A stretch of 62,806 bases of DNA, the filler included, from Sphacelaria rigidula (taxonomy: Eukaryota): assembly GCA_964200075.2 (NCBI GenBank). It is 7 parts of 7 records of this genome, joined end to end, with 100 filler letters (N's around TTAATTAATTAA, not from the genome) between each part and the next. Parts side by side here need not be neighbours in the genome. Positions count along the whole stretch, not along the records: positions 17,977 to 26,863 come from CAXNAA020009834.1; positions 26,964 to 35,850 come from CAXNAA020009835.1; 5 more parts are not named here. The stretch is one strand, 5' to 3'. Below the pieces are notes generated by a model. That model ran no database searches. It was given only the letters and a program-made list of their open reading frames with translations, and was not told the origin of the DNA. A program made the position numbers and the translations under genes. This document shows positions 23,417 through 35,950 of the stretch, piece by piece. Each line of letters opens with the position of its first letter. The stretch's first letter is position 1.

Positions 23417-25092
23417 TCACCTCACATTTTCACAGTCCGTAGACGAGGCCGGGTCTTCGCGCACGACCAACTCGGCTTCTTGCACGGCGTCTTGAGAGTG
23501 CTGAGGCGGAACGGAGGTGGTGTCGACCGAAGCCTGCAAGCCCGCTAACCTTTGCTCTTCCTGAAATCTCTTCCGCAACGCGGTCAGTCTACGTTCGATG
23601 TGGCAGATCGTTTCTGCTCTCGTCCTCGCCATGAGGTCGAGCTTCGCTATCTTCTCTGCCGGAAAGCTCCGAGGAATCAGGTATTTCAAACTCTGTCGAC
23701 CATCGAACTCTGGGGACTCGCAACCGCGGACGGTCACCAGTGTGACGTCATTGTCACGCTCGCTGATCGCCGTCATTATATCCTGGGCGACTGTCCGCAA
23801 ATAATTCGCGTGCACATCCGGCAAGTTTTCCCCCTTCCGATATTCGAGTATCCACGCCTCTACTTCTGCCCGGCGAACAAGAGCTCCTTCACCCAATGCC
23901 ACCTGCACGCGCTCTGTGATGCGGCACACCAGCCGATCCTTTACTGTAAGAGAGGCTTCACTAACGGCGGGTATATGTCGCTGTTCCTCGACCTTCCGAC
24001 GCCTTGAGTCAGTGTAGTAGGAGCAGTAACAGGCATTGCACAATACACTGTTCGTATTCAGTGTCCTATTCAGCGTAGATACCAGCAACGTAGCACGACG
24101 GATTCCCGCTCCAACCGTGAAGAACTGCGTCATGTCATCGCACGCAGCTCCGACCTTGCGCCAATGAGATGGGGCACCGACTCTCTTCCGCTCCGGTTGT
24201 CCGCAGATATCGCACCTTATTCGGGATTTTACAGATGCGAAAGCCCTAAACAGGTGATAGAAACAGTCGTCTCTGAAGCAGAGGCAGTCCGATGTGGGCT
24301 TATACGCACTGCTGATCGGTGCTGGTAGCCGCGTTTCCCGGCTTTCCTTCCACCATTGCGTTGCCGGGAGGAGATTCTCCTGAGTGATGTGCCTGAAGTG
24401 AGTTGCGGGTCGATGACAGGCAGCGCATCGTCTGTCGCTCTGCGCGTGATTCCTTTGACACCATGCGCAGAAACCTACAGCCCAGGTGCTGGCCGACCCA
24501 CAGACAGCCTTGCCACACTGCGGCCGTCTACCTTGTCGCGGTTCGGAACTTGCCCTCGTACGACGCACAGATGACGACTGCTGCCTTTCGCCGGGCAGCA
24601 CGCTCGCGTGTTCTTGGTGACGCCCATCACGCGCCACCCGTCTCGACCGTAGCACGATGCCATAATTCAGGCGGGCCTCGTCCACCGTTGTCGAGCCTTC
24701 CGAGAGCCCCAGCGCCGATTCCGCAAGCGAGCTAGAGGGGCGAAGGTCGCTTTGTTCCGCGTTCGACGCCGCATCTTTCGTGTGCGCAACAGCGGCAGTC
24801 CTTGGCCCGCCCTGGTCGGAGGTCCGGAGCGACCCATCGTGTGATGTAGCGTCTAGAACGTCGGTCCCGATCCCATTGGGCCGGGTTCTCTTATGCTTCA
24901 ATTCCCGGTCCTTTGAACCAACCCGGCACCCTCCAGCACCCACAGGCGCATCCGCTCTCTTCTCACCACGCGCGGGCGGGCTTCCGCAGATTTCCGACGT
25001 GGGGTTGGCGTTGACCACTTGATCATCTACTTCCTCCGGACTCCCCCCCTCGCCTCGGAGAGAAGGAGGGCAAGTTGACACAGCGACACCGT
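23417..25092 (-). CDS. Uninterrupted ~555-codon exon encoding a Cys-rich (multi zinc-finger) protein with C-terminal coiled coil; likely N-terminal region of the Academ-like element
   Basis: ORF 23417..25081 contains CAWCQRNH..RCAACH, CLCFRDDC, CDICG and LCNACYC. Acceptor ccccag| lies at 25093, and an upstream phase-1 exon 25352-25280 (ttcag|...ACAG|gtaaat) joins in frame. Confidence 0.7.
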
Positions 25093-26070
25093 CTGGGGGT
25101 CAACGGCGAAAAAGAGGGACCGAGAGTCAACACTTGACCCTTGGAAGATAATCACAGAGTGACTTCCGATTGATCAAAGTTGGACAAAAACAAATGCACG
25201 GGGTAGCGTCCCCCGACGTCAATGGTGACCACAAGCCGCGGAACGACCGTATCGCAGCTCCTGCATAATAGCGATTTACCTGTGCGTTCGGTGGGTTCTT
25301 CTGCAGAGCATCCCGCCGCCGGGTGGCTATCTGCGAGGATTCCGGTCAGCACCTGAAGCGGCCATGAAACGTGGCCGAGCAAATGATTGTCAGGCGGGTC
25401 GACCAGAGAGGGAGGGGGGGGGGTGAACTCATGATCTTGCATACATGCCGTAATCATAAAACAAATGATCTAGCGTCCTTATGAAGCCGGGACGGCGCAC
25501 GCCGGAGATTTTTCACCGGACTGTCAGGAGGGATGGTGGGGGGGAGGGGGGTGGGTGGAGGGAGGTATGCATTCGGATAAGATGACAGCAGTGCGTACTT
25601 GCATATTGCGCGCGTTTTCCTCCTAGAATGTGTACGGTGGTTCTTGGCATATGGCCGCAAGATCGTTAGCACGCCGCACGCCGGCAGCTTGAAGAAAAAA
25701 TACCCAAAACGGAAATCAAACGGCTCGTATCAACTCGCGAAGGAAGTATTATAGCACCGCTTCTTCATACCGAACGCAAAACAAAGTGACACAAAAAAAC
25801 GCGGCTAAACCTGCAGCCACGAAGGTATCATGTAAGTCTTGAGAGCATTTTAGGAGGTGCGCGGTCCACGACCTAATCAAGTCATGGGACAACCGAATAA
25901 TCTCTCACCGGTGTCTCAGAGGAATCCACGGAAGCCTTGTTCAAGCTTGGGTCTATTCCGCTATCTTCTCCCGAGTGCGTATTCATGCTCACAGGTCTGC
26001 GATTGAACGGAGACAACGACCAGTGAAGCGAGGGTGATGTGATCGATTGCTTGTGACGCGTGTACAATTA

Positions 26071-26260
26071 GGGCCTGTCTCAGTTCATGAGTTTTCGATC
26101 GAAAAAGTGCGGTGGAAAACAAAAATCCTGATCTGATAGGTGATGATTTCAACCATCTTCAAAATGAACGACGATTGGTGAAATTACGATCTATCAGATC
26201 AAGATTTTTGTTTTCCACCGCACTTTTTCGATCGAAAACCCATGTGCTAAGAGAGGGGCC
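26071..26260. mobile_element. Palindromic Tourist-like (PIF/Harbinger) MITE, 190 bp
   Basis: Flanked by TTA on both sides. Ends GGGCCTGTCTC...GAGAGGGGCC. Arms CATGAGTTTTCGATCGAAAAAGTGCGGTGGAAAACAAAAATCCTGATCTGATAG are nearly perfectly inverted. Confidence 0.72.
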
Positions 26261-26544
26261 TTATAATCCGCAACGACGAACACCAAACGGTCGTCGGAGG
26301 ACAGACGTCCGCGACGTGAAGGTCGAACCAAATACGAGCGGGGCCGGCCAATAAGCCCACGTTCCTTCGAAACAGGATAGCTCTTTTCAGTTTTCCCAAA
26401 TCAGCCCGACGTGAGGATATCACTGTGAACTGCAGACCGATCTGCTGATGCACGCTCTGCCGTGAAGAAGGAAGTACAAAGAAAAATGTACCGCATAACA
26501 GATGATAGATCTCGACGACGGAACCAGATTCTGCTAAAACAAAG

Positions 26545-26635
26545 GGTTTCTGTCAGGATTCGAACTCAAGACCTTCCGCCCCTTGTGGGAGTCTTCAGCA
26601 CGCGTTAGACCAACAGGGTGCAGCGGCGACACACA
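26545..26635 (-). mobile_element. tRNA-derived SINE head
   Basis: Minus GTGTCGCCGCTGCACCCTGTTGGTCTAA...GAGTTCGAATCC (B box); no intact cloverleaf; related to 45235-45325 and 61059-61150. Confidence 0.55.
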
Positions 26636-26705
26636 TAAAGTGAAGTGCCCTGCCCAATCCAAGGGGTTTTGAGCGGAAATTTCAAAAGGACTTTCTACGC
26701 GCCAG

Positions 26706-26778
26706 TTCAAGATTCATCACTGAGGCAACCAGAATATCGTCGTGAAATATTCAAGATTCATCACTGAGGCAACCAGAT
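26706..26778 (+). repeat. 28-bp direct repeat
   Basis: TTCAAGATTCATCACTGAGGCAACCAGA occurs twice. Confidence 0.85.
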
Positions 26779-26863
26779 GGAAGGTTTGTGACGGGCGAAT
26801 ATTTCACGGTTAGGACGAATCATCACGGGTTCGAATCACCAAATCCACGATTTCTTCGGCCTG

Positions 26864-26963
26864 NNNNNNNNNNNNNNNNNNNNNNNNNNNNNNNNNNNNN
26901 NNNNNNNTTAATTAATTAANNNNNNNNNNNNNNNNNNNNNNNNNNNNNNNNNNNNNNNNNNNN
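26864..26963. other. Artificial contig linker
   Basis: 44N-TTAATTAATTAA-44N. Confidence 0.99.
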
Positions 26964-27930
26964 CAAACCTCCTACAATGTCCCCTAGCTCGACTCTGTAA
27001 ACGAGTCACCCTACCCATCCGGGCGTCGGTCCTCAGTGCAAAGTTGGTGTACCCTGTCCCTGGCCCACAAGAAAGCCTTCGAAGCAGAAGAATCCCCAAG
27101 TTGTCGGGGCTCGGATTCCCCATTTTTCAATAATTTACTTGCATTTTATGTAGGCCCGACTTTCCATCCCCCGTTTGTTTTTGGCACCATCCATCATAGT
27201 AAACCCTACTTGATAACACTAACACGTAGTGCTCGGGAGAAATTCGGCAATATGTACCCTACTATAAATGTGGTCATGTTCACAAGGCGACTGAATCTAG
27301 CAACGCTGTGGGACGAGAGGCGGAGCTGGAGGCATGAGTTCTGCGTATCCCTCTGTCGAAGCGGTACAAATGGGGATGAGGTCGTATGTAATCGATGGTA
27401 ACGAACAAGCCGTGTATAGGCAGCTGATCTCCGTCGCGGAGAACTGCCCAGAACATGTGAGGGGGTATTCAGCGGCAGCTGCTGCTGCACTCGGAAAGGC
27501 GTGCTGCACTGTACTGTGTCTGCGGCGCAACACCCATGCCGATCGAAGAGAATTTGTCGCTTGCAACAAAGAGGAAAATCGCGGCCCACCCCGGCCAAAA
27601 AGGGCTGTGCGGCAAGGTGATGGGGACAATATCCAAGGCCACAAGTGGCGGACGGCGGTTGCCACATCCTGTCGGAAGCTCTCCACCGCGACTCATACTG
27701 TTTGATACATGTGTACATTACGTGATGCGCACAACACCCGAATTGTAGTACAGACGGTTTGTACCTGCACCTGAAAATAGATTGGATGAAACTTTTGGTC
27801 TTCATGTAACCCTGCTGTTACATACACACGTTGGTCTTTAGCAACATGAAGGCACTGTTTCATGCATACGCAGGACACGTCATTCCTAACCAGCCTCACT
27901 GGTCGTTCTGGAGGCCCAGTCCCAAAAGGG
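26964..27930 (+). mobile_element. Non-autonomous piggyBac-like element, one end
   Basis: Terminates in GTCCCAAAAGGG|TTAA; internal 27030-27510 is homologous (reverse complement) to 35951-36430. Confidence 0.65.
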
Positions 27931-29966
27931 TTAATGGGTTTCGCCCGGAATCGGGAACACCTTCGTGGTTTTTATAATACTCGGCGAACAACTCGAAACA
28001 TCTTACAATTGGCCTCTGGAATCCAGGTTCCGTTTCGCCATAAACCCGTCCCAAACGTTTCCGTGCAGTCGGTCCAATAACATCTAAGAACCAACCAGAG
28101 CACCAGCAGCTTCCTAGCCAGCCCTTTCTCGCCTTTCGAATTTTCGATTCGTGTGGGCTGTCGCAGGTGTGTCACTTTTGAGTCACCTCATGTGCTGGTA
28201 TTGTTGTGCTGCGCATGTCACCAGTTTCGCTACGAGTTCTTACTACTCTGAACCAAGCCGACTGCCACACAGTAGAGGATCGATTGCCCGCATTGTAGCT
28301 TCGTTGCTGTCGTGTCCGTGGGTACCCGCGGTCCGCTTGTAATCTGTGCACCTCTCTTTCTCCACAAGTCGGCAACGTTGTTCAGCTGGAATTGAGTAGC
28401 AAGACGTCTTGTGTTTTTTAGAAACGATTGGGGGCGGGTAACACGCCTTGGCGCAGTCAACAGGGTCCACTAAAATCCGCACCACTGTCATCCTGTAGAT
28501 CATGATGCCCCCACTGCGGTCTATATGTCGCGTGCGATGCGCTCACCTCGCTCGTTATCCTACGAAATACAGTAGTCATGCCGTACGCAATCAACGCTGC
28601 TGCGTCTCTTATGATTTCGGTCAATCGTAGTGCGCATGTGCACTTCTCAGACCCTTTGGTTAGCTGTGTGCATGTCTATTTTTGTACTTGAAATGAGAGG
28701 GGTGAACGGATATCAAAGGCTACAACTCGCCGACTATTTGATGACAGTCCTCGTCGAAAAAACAACAAGGAATCCGGAGCGAATCGTTTTGCTTCGCAGT
28801 TGGGGCCCTCGTATGTTGCACTATTTTGAGTGATTTTGGCTACGTGATGCGCAAGAGAGAATACCAGAGATATGCATTCCTATATACACCGAACAAAGTG
28901 TGTGTGTTGCCAATATTCTTCGAATGGGCACAGTCAATCGGAAACCCTTTCAAAAAGAGCATCGCCGAGTAGCTCTGAAGGGATTGCCTGTACACCATCA
29001 CCCCAATGCTCCTGTGTCTCATGAAAAACGCCTGAAACATTTTCCCTTATTCTGTGTTAACAGCGAGTTTTAGCCAAATTTAGCCCATGCCAGACATATA
29101 CATATATGTAAATATATATAGCATGTGTGAGTGGTCAGTCCAACGCTTTTCAGCTACGGTCTGCCCAGATTTTTCAAGAAAACAGTGGTGACGTAGGATT
29201 CTATTCGTGTTTTGAAGGGAAGACTTCTGAATCTGGAAGTAATACCCCCTGCATTGTGTTAGAGTTGTTTAGCTTCATATGCATATACGACAGGCAGGAA
29301 ATTAAACGCATATACGACATGGGCAGACACAACTCGTTGTCACGTATCACGGATTCCCGAGCATCATTAAAAAAAAACATCATTATGTGCATTACAACAT
29401 TTTTTGACTATTTTTGGGAATTATCACGCGGTGGCGGGAGGGGAAGGGGAGGGATTTCCGTCCTAGATGACGGCATGCATGTGCAAAATCTACAACAACA
29501 AACCTATGCCCCTGCATTTCTACGGATAACGTGTCGTCGTGCCACCACAATATCGCCGGAAAATACCGACATGAGGATCATTGTCAGGAGTTCTCAGTGC
29601 TTCAAGAAATCTCCCAGAGCGGATGTTTTTGGGCAACATTATTTCGAAATCCCCCCCCCCCTACTGTGACATGTTTCTTGGTTTTAAAACAAGCAGGGTT
29701 TGTCGTGTTTTTTGCCGGGGTTGGTTGGATGGGGTCTACCCAAACGCCTGAGAGACGCAAGCCTGCCGAACGCGGAAAATGGCCAAACATGGCTATGCAT
29801 TTACGATTTGAAACAGCCTCCGTCCAGACTGCGTATCTGTGTCCACGGACTGTAAAGTAGCGCGTGCTACACGGGGGGTTTCGAAGCACATGTTCTCGCT
29901 AGAACGGGCATGTCCCTTGGCTGATGTGAGCATGCTGTCGTCGGTGTCGAACTCGCACTCACCCAG

Positions 29967-31541
29967 GTAGATAGCGTATACACGCGAAGTACGCCGATGA
30001 TGGAGGCCGTGAAAGTCGGTCAGCTAGACCTCATAGACGCCCTGTTGCGGGCAGGAGCACGCCTCGACGTGCAGGTGAGTCGAGAAAATATGCTTGAGGT
30101 CAGTCCATCCGTTACGGGGGCTAGCAATGGAGCGAAGCTGGTCCTCTGTCGAGTAGCGAGCGAGCCCTGTTGGGTCTCTCCTCGCGTTTGGGTTTGAACC
30201 CTTGCGAGTGCGACCCGGCTGCGCACGACATGTCGTGCTGTGCAGGCAATATTTCTTTGCGGGAGAATGTCTTCTGGTAGTCGTTCTAGGGGCACTGTGT
30301 TGCTCTGCGGCTCTTTTGCCGACCCGATACGACCCCACACAGCGGAGGTGCTGGTGGGGGAAGAAACAAATGCTCCATGTGAGCACCACCTGGCACAGCG
30401 GGGGAAAACAAAAGCACATTCCCTTCACCCGAATCCCCTCAGGCTCAAGCGCAGCAGTGAGTGACCTCTTAGCGAAACCCTACTACAGACATTGCTCGCC
30501 AAAACAGAACGAACGACTCCGCAAATGCCGATGGCTGTGTTATCATGTCCGTTGATTGCCACCGGTCAAGAACCAACACTTTTACTTGATTGTGTCAGGT
30601 GGAAACTTCCTCTCTCTCTCTCTCACGCAAGAAACACCTCACACCTTACCTGACATCCGTCGGCAGGACGTCAACGGAGACACAGTTCTTCACTGGTCGT
30701 CGCGGGAAGTTTCGGCGGCGTTTTTGAGGCAGGTGCTCCAGCTAGCCCGGAGGCACGGAGCCACTACCTCACAACTATTGGAAGCACTGCAGGCGAGGTT
30801 CTTTCCCCAGGTTTCCAAGTATAGATAAGAGAACCTCAGAGGACGCGCGCGCAATCAAGTCCCGCCATTTATCGTTGCACATTTTGTTCGAGTGGCTCGT
30901 GCGTACAATCTTCTTGTTCTGCTCTTTGTTCCAGGCTTCCGAAACACAGTAGTACCTTCACATGACCATTGTTCACCTCCGACGCCCACCCCAAACTGTA
31001 CGTGGTATACATTGCACCTGGTGTGCAGCTCAAGAACAACAGCGGCGAAACGGCCGCCGACGTCGGTGCGAACGACATCGCTCGTGAGTCCATCCAGCGT
31101 CTCCTCACTGGGGAAGAAACGCCCGGGTGGGCCCTCAAAAACTCAAACTGCATTGTCCAACGTCCATCTAACACCGTAGTCAGCGGTGCCAGCGGCAGCG
31201 GCAGCGGCAGCGGCACCACCCTCCCACCCTCCAAGGTAGGCCAACAAAAACCACGTACGGCACCTACGGTGGCCACCGGGGGGCAGGGCCTGCATTCCCA
31301 GATAGCGCCCTCGCTGACTGGGCTACCGCGAGGAGGCACTGTAGGGGCTATGGCCGGTGCTACCCCTGAATTTCCCGCGGCCGGGGGTACAGCGGCGGTG
31401 GCGACTATGGCAGAGGCGAGAGGGGTAGTGGGCGGGACGGCTGGTGGCGGTCGGCGGGGGGAGGGTCGGGGTGCGACTGAACAAGACGATACGGCTACGG
31501 AGAACCACACGTCAGCAGTGGAGGTGTCGTTGCTGCCGAAG
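29967..31541 (+). CDS. Ankyrin-repeat protein, three internal exons (partial)
   Basis: Exons 29967-30074 (VDSVYTRSTPMMEAVKVGQLDLIDALLRAGARLDVQ), 30667-30792 (DVNGDTVLHWSSRE...LLEALQ) and 31029-31541 (LKNNSGETAADVG... then a G/A/T-rich tail); all phase 0. Confidence 0.85.
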
Positions 31542-32245
31542 GTAAGGGGTGTGTTGCGAATTGGGCGTCGGGTCTTCTAGCTGATTCGCTCTTGAGGTGT
31601 TCTGGCGGTCGGTAGATCGGGCGTCCCTTTGCCCCTTGTTTATTCCCTACAGTATCGCTTTTGCTTTTGGTGCCTTGCTCGCGTAGGACCAGGAAGCTGA
31701 AGCCCACGACCCATGCACTCGTTGTTGGAGGTGTTTTTGGTCGCCAAGTGCGAAAGGGTCGAGGAAGTGCATTTATTTTCGCTTCGGTGTTCACGTGTTC
31801 CTAGCCGCCAGAGTGGATTCGCGCTTTGAAACTTTTTTTGGTTGGTGTTGATTGCTGTAGAAACTGACGAAATTGCCAACACGCGTTCAAGATGGTCGTG
31901 TGACACCGTTGCCCCGTTGTAGAATAGCCAAGCGAGATCTTAACTTTCACCGTGCGGTTCAACAATGGTGATTCGTGCCCGGTCCGAATACGGTCATGAA
32001 ATACCTCAACTTTTGCCGTCCGGTTCACAGATTGCCGTGGAAGTCTTGTGACCGCGACCTTGACCTGAGCTTTGACCACTACCTCAGAATGGCGAGAATG
32101 AGCACCCGAAAGTAACGGCCGACGGCAAAAGTAGATCGCGCAACAACAGTCGACTGGGAAACACTTTCACAGCTGGAATATGTTTGGATGCGGTGCAAGC
32201 ACACCGTTCGTTTTTGAAGAAGTAGAGAACAACGGATCGACAACA

Positions 32246-32295
32246 TGCGCGCGCGCGCACACACACACACACACTCTCTCTCTCACACACACACA
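32246..32295 (+). repeat. Compound dinucleotide microsatellite (GC)n(AC)n(TC)n(AC)n
   Basis: Directly visible. Confidence 0.95.
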
Positions 32296-35200
32296 AACGG
32301 CTTTACACGAAGCCTACGTCTCGTAGAGCTTGGCGCACACATAAAAAGATGATGAGGCTTCCGTGCAGGTGAGACGAAGCGCATGCCGGTACCACTTTTT
32401 GAAACACAAAAAAAAAGTGTTGTAGGAGACTATTCACTCGGGTTTCGAGAGTTAGAACCCGAAACATTTTTAGTTGAGAAGCGCACCAACCACTCGAAGG
32501 GTCAGGCCGGTGGGGTTGATTTTTTTTCGTCGGGTCCTTCTGAGGGAGATTTGCGAAGTGGGGGAGCACTTCTACTTATCACCGGTGATGTTGAGTTTTT
32601 TTCAACGGGGGTTTTTGAGGGGGATTTCGGAATTGAGGGCTCACTTCTATGTATGATCGATGGTGTTGAATTTGTTTCGGAGGAAATTTCCGAATTAAAT
32701 ATACATTTTTATCTCCAGATTTAAAAACAAAAAGTGATCACACCATCAGTCATTCACTTCAGATAGTCCATGTGCCCCTCTTCTCGAGATTTCGGGTCCT
32801 AAACTCTCAAGCCTCGAGCGAATCAATCCAAGATATGTAGATTCCCAAGGACGTATAGAAAACCCATACTTCCTCTGCCCCGAAAGTCCGGGTGGGTATG
32901 TTTGTACGGACTCTCCACCGTGTCAGATTATTTGGCGCTCTCTGAGTTGAAACCCTTTTGTACTTCCTGCAGTGGTGCTTTGCCCATGCGGCCGAAGGGC
33001 CGCGAGAGAATCAGTCGGCCCGAATATGGCAGCATCGCCCTTTTCCGGGGGGAGAAGAAGAATGAGAACAGAAACAAATGGCAAAAAAACGACAGCAGAA
33101 ACTCTTCGCTACCTCTTGTTGTGCTACATTTTGCTGCTATTTGTCCTACTCGCGCCGGAGACACTCTTTCGTTTCGAGTTGTGGAATCACCCTGTAAGGT
33201 CCATGTTCTTTCCCCACCCGTGCACTGTGTTGTGTTTTTATTTTATTTTGTGGTTTGTCACATGTGCGGCCGCATAGTCGTCGACACAACGAGTTCGACC
33301 AGCCTAAAAAATAATTTGAGCGCCGCAGGCGGTTACGGAACTCGATTTTGAGAGTTGTGCTTTCGAAATTTGGTGTGGAAAAAAATCGCAAGGGGTAAGT
33401 TTTATCGCTTTTTAGACGTGTGCATGGGAAAATGTTCTGAAATAGTTCGAGCGCGCCTTAATTTCGACCAGTGTCGTGTGTGTTCTCGGAAACAACACTG
33501 CAGAAGGATAGTGGCTCGTGAGGGATCGTATTGTCATGACGGATACAGACTGCGTACACCGACACCGAACCCCTCGCAAAAACGCTCGCGTGGACCAATC
33601 AATGAGTAGGTTAAGGGCGCAATTTGTCAGGCACCTGCGAGGGGGGACGTGGATGTGTCCGAAGGCGCAAACGCCAGATTGAGAGCCAAGTCTTCCTGAA
33701 CTTGAGCGCATCGATTGTCGTCACGCAAGGGGGGCACAGGAGGCTCGCGTACTTCCTGAAGTTTTCGTCACACCTCCGCTTGCGCAACCCGTTAGTCGGA
33801 GCGTTCAGGGAGGAGGCAGAAGAGCGTGGGTGAGGCAAAAGCTCTAGGAGCGGCGGCGCTCGCGAAAAAGCGTGTTGAGAGCAGCTTCCGTGGCTACTCG
33901 CATCATTTGTAGCATCGATGATGTGTCCGCTATGATCGCTCTAACGCCAAATGTGTTTTCGTGAAGAAGGGAGTTGAGGGGAAATTGGACCGTTGCGGCT
34001 GTACCCGCCATTCGCGCAAACACCTATTATGATGCGAGTGTTTGTGAAAAAGTGAGTTGGGGGCAAAACAAACGAGTGAGGCCGATTCGATCCAGCAGTT
34101 TTGGTGCTCTGCTGAAAATCAAGTCGTTCGCTCCACGCTGAACTTGCACGCAATTACTGAGGAAGGAGCGCTCATCAACTCACTTCACCCTTCCTCGTGT
34201 TGAATGTTGATATCTCCGGGAGACAAGTGCTGCAGGACATGACGGGGGGGAAGGCTATCACGGTAGGTCTCCCTCCGCCGTGGCGAATCAGGGGGGTGGA
34301 AGCTACGAATTAGCGGACGATGTTGGATTTTCTGGGAGTCCGCGAATTGGTAAATACGTTCCGTGTTACCGTATTAGGGTTGGGTGTGGACGGGCGGTAC
34401 AATGATTGTGCCCAGTGTAAAACGTGTCCGAGATATCCCATCGCCGGATCTACGATCAGATCTACCGGTGACCAAGTTAGACCCACAAGGCGAGCGTCAA
34501 GGTTGCTGTCAGGTTTGCTCCCCTGTTCATGTATTAATAGTAGCGAACGGATTTGATAGGTATAGTAGCTCCCAGCTGGTGCCCCTGCCCTGCGTCGATC
34601 CATGTCGTGCGTTGAATATCCCTCCTCCCTGAATGTTTGGTAGAGAACGTGTGTCTGGGGAACAAAATGGCCAAGTTAGTATTTAGCCTAAACGCTATTA
34701 TAGTCTCAAATATTACCCAATTTCTTGAAATTGTACTTGCAAGTTTGTCTTCCGACCAACCTTTCAGGGCCATCTACAACGGGGACTCATTTGTGCATGT
34801 CTCGTCAAATGTCGTCGGACGCCAAAGCCCCTCAAAAATCAGAGCCGAGTTTCCCCACTTCTGCACCCCACAACGGCCGAAGGAGGTGCAAACATCACAT
34901 GTCAATCATCAGAGGTAGTCGTCCCGTGCGGCGCGCTGTGCTCACCACACACAACCCACCAACATCAATGCCGTGGTGAATGCCTCCACGCTTATCTTGG
35001 AAGAGCACACACCGACAGCCACGCTGTTTCAAGGACATGGTTTTCGTCGTGAGCGAGTCTGTTCCTGCGTTTTCGCTGTACAGATAGTACTCTTTTGTGT
35101 GTGACCAAGGGTGCTGTGGGCTAGGTGAACTCATACCCTTGTATAGCCTTTGGTGCTCCGAGCCCGACGCACTAGTCTCCCTCAGCCACAAGAGCGAGAG

Positions 35201-35779
35201 CACCAGGGGGTGCTTTTTACTATTCAAATATTGAAGCGCCGGACCCGCGTTACCATGCTACAAAGGCATCGCGGTGATGTTGAACCGGTGGGTTCACTGC
35301 GTATGCCCAGATCGTGTCTTAACCCGTTTAGCGCCCGCGGCCAAGGTCGCGTTGAACAGTCCCGCCGAGTCTTGGAGGATGGCAATAATTTAGGCGTAGA
35401 TGGCCGCTAGGTGACCCTCCGGGTGCTTGGCAGTTGTTTTTTCCCGTGATTGTTTTAATCAACCGAATCATAGTCTCACATGTTTGGGGCCCGGGCTGGG
35501 AAGTTTGCTCGGTCGTGTGTCCGCCGAAGGCTCAGCGGCACACTCTCGCCTGATAAAAGCAGGGGTATGCGGGAAAAACAAGCTCACCGCTGTGGTTACT
35601 TGCGCGTTGCCCGTGTGCGTGTCCGTGTGTGCTTGTCCTGCTCCAATGGCTGTTGGGGGAACTCCTGCAACGTTCCGGTCCACCCAGGGTCAAAAGCGCC
35701 CCCCCGCGCTCTCCGTCTCGAAAGGGATGCGTGGTCAATGGTCAAATGACTAAGGCAAGCATCAAATGAGTAGCACTGC

Positions 35780-35780
<1 letters not shown>

Positions 35781-35811
<31 letters not shown>

Positions 35812-35850
35812 CCCGCCCGACCCTCCGCCCCCCCCGCCCCTCCGCCCACC
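35781..35850 (+). repeat. Poly-C / C-rich run at the contig end
   Basis: 30 consecutive C followed by a CCG/CCT-rich tail. Confidence 0.9.
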
Positions 35851-35950
35851 NNNNNNNNNNNNNNNNNNNNNNNNNNNNNNNNNNNNNNNNNNNNTTAATT
35901 AATTAANNNNNNNNNNNNNNNNNNNNNNNNNNNNNNNNNNNNNNNNNNNN
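35851..35950. other. Artificial contig linker
   Basis: 44N-TTAATTAATTAA-44N. Confidence 0.99.

Noticed and set aside
26545-26635. Functional tRNA gene
   Set aside because: A B box is present but there is no pairing acceptor stem or canonical anticodon arm; treated as a SINE head
30869-31510. 213-aa minus-strand ORF (and similar antisense ORFs at 54117-54497, 55305-56048 and 45634-46107)
   Set aside because: These are antisense shadows of GC-rich coding sequence on the opposite strand
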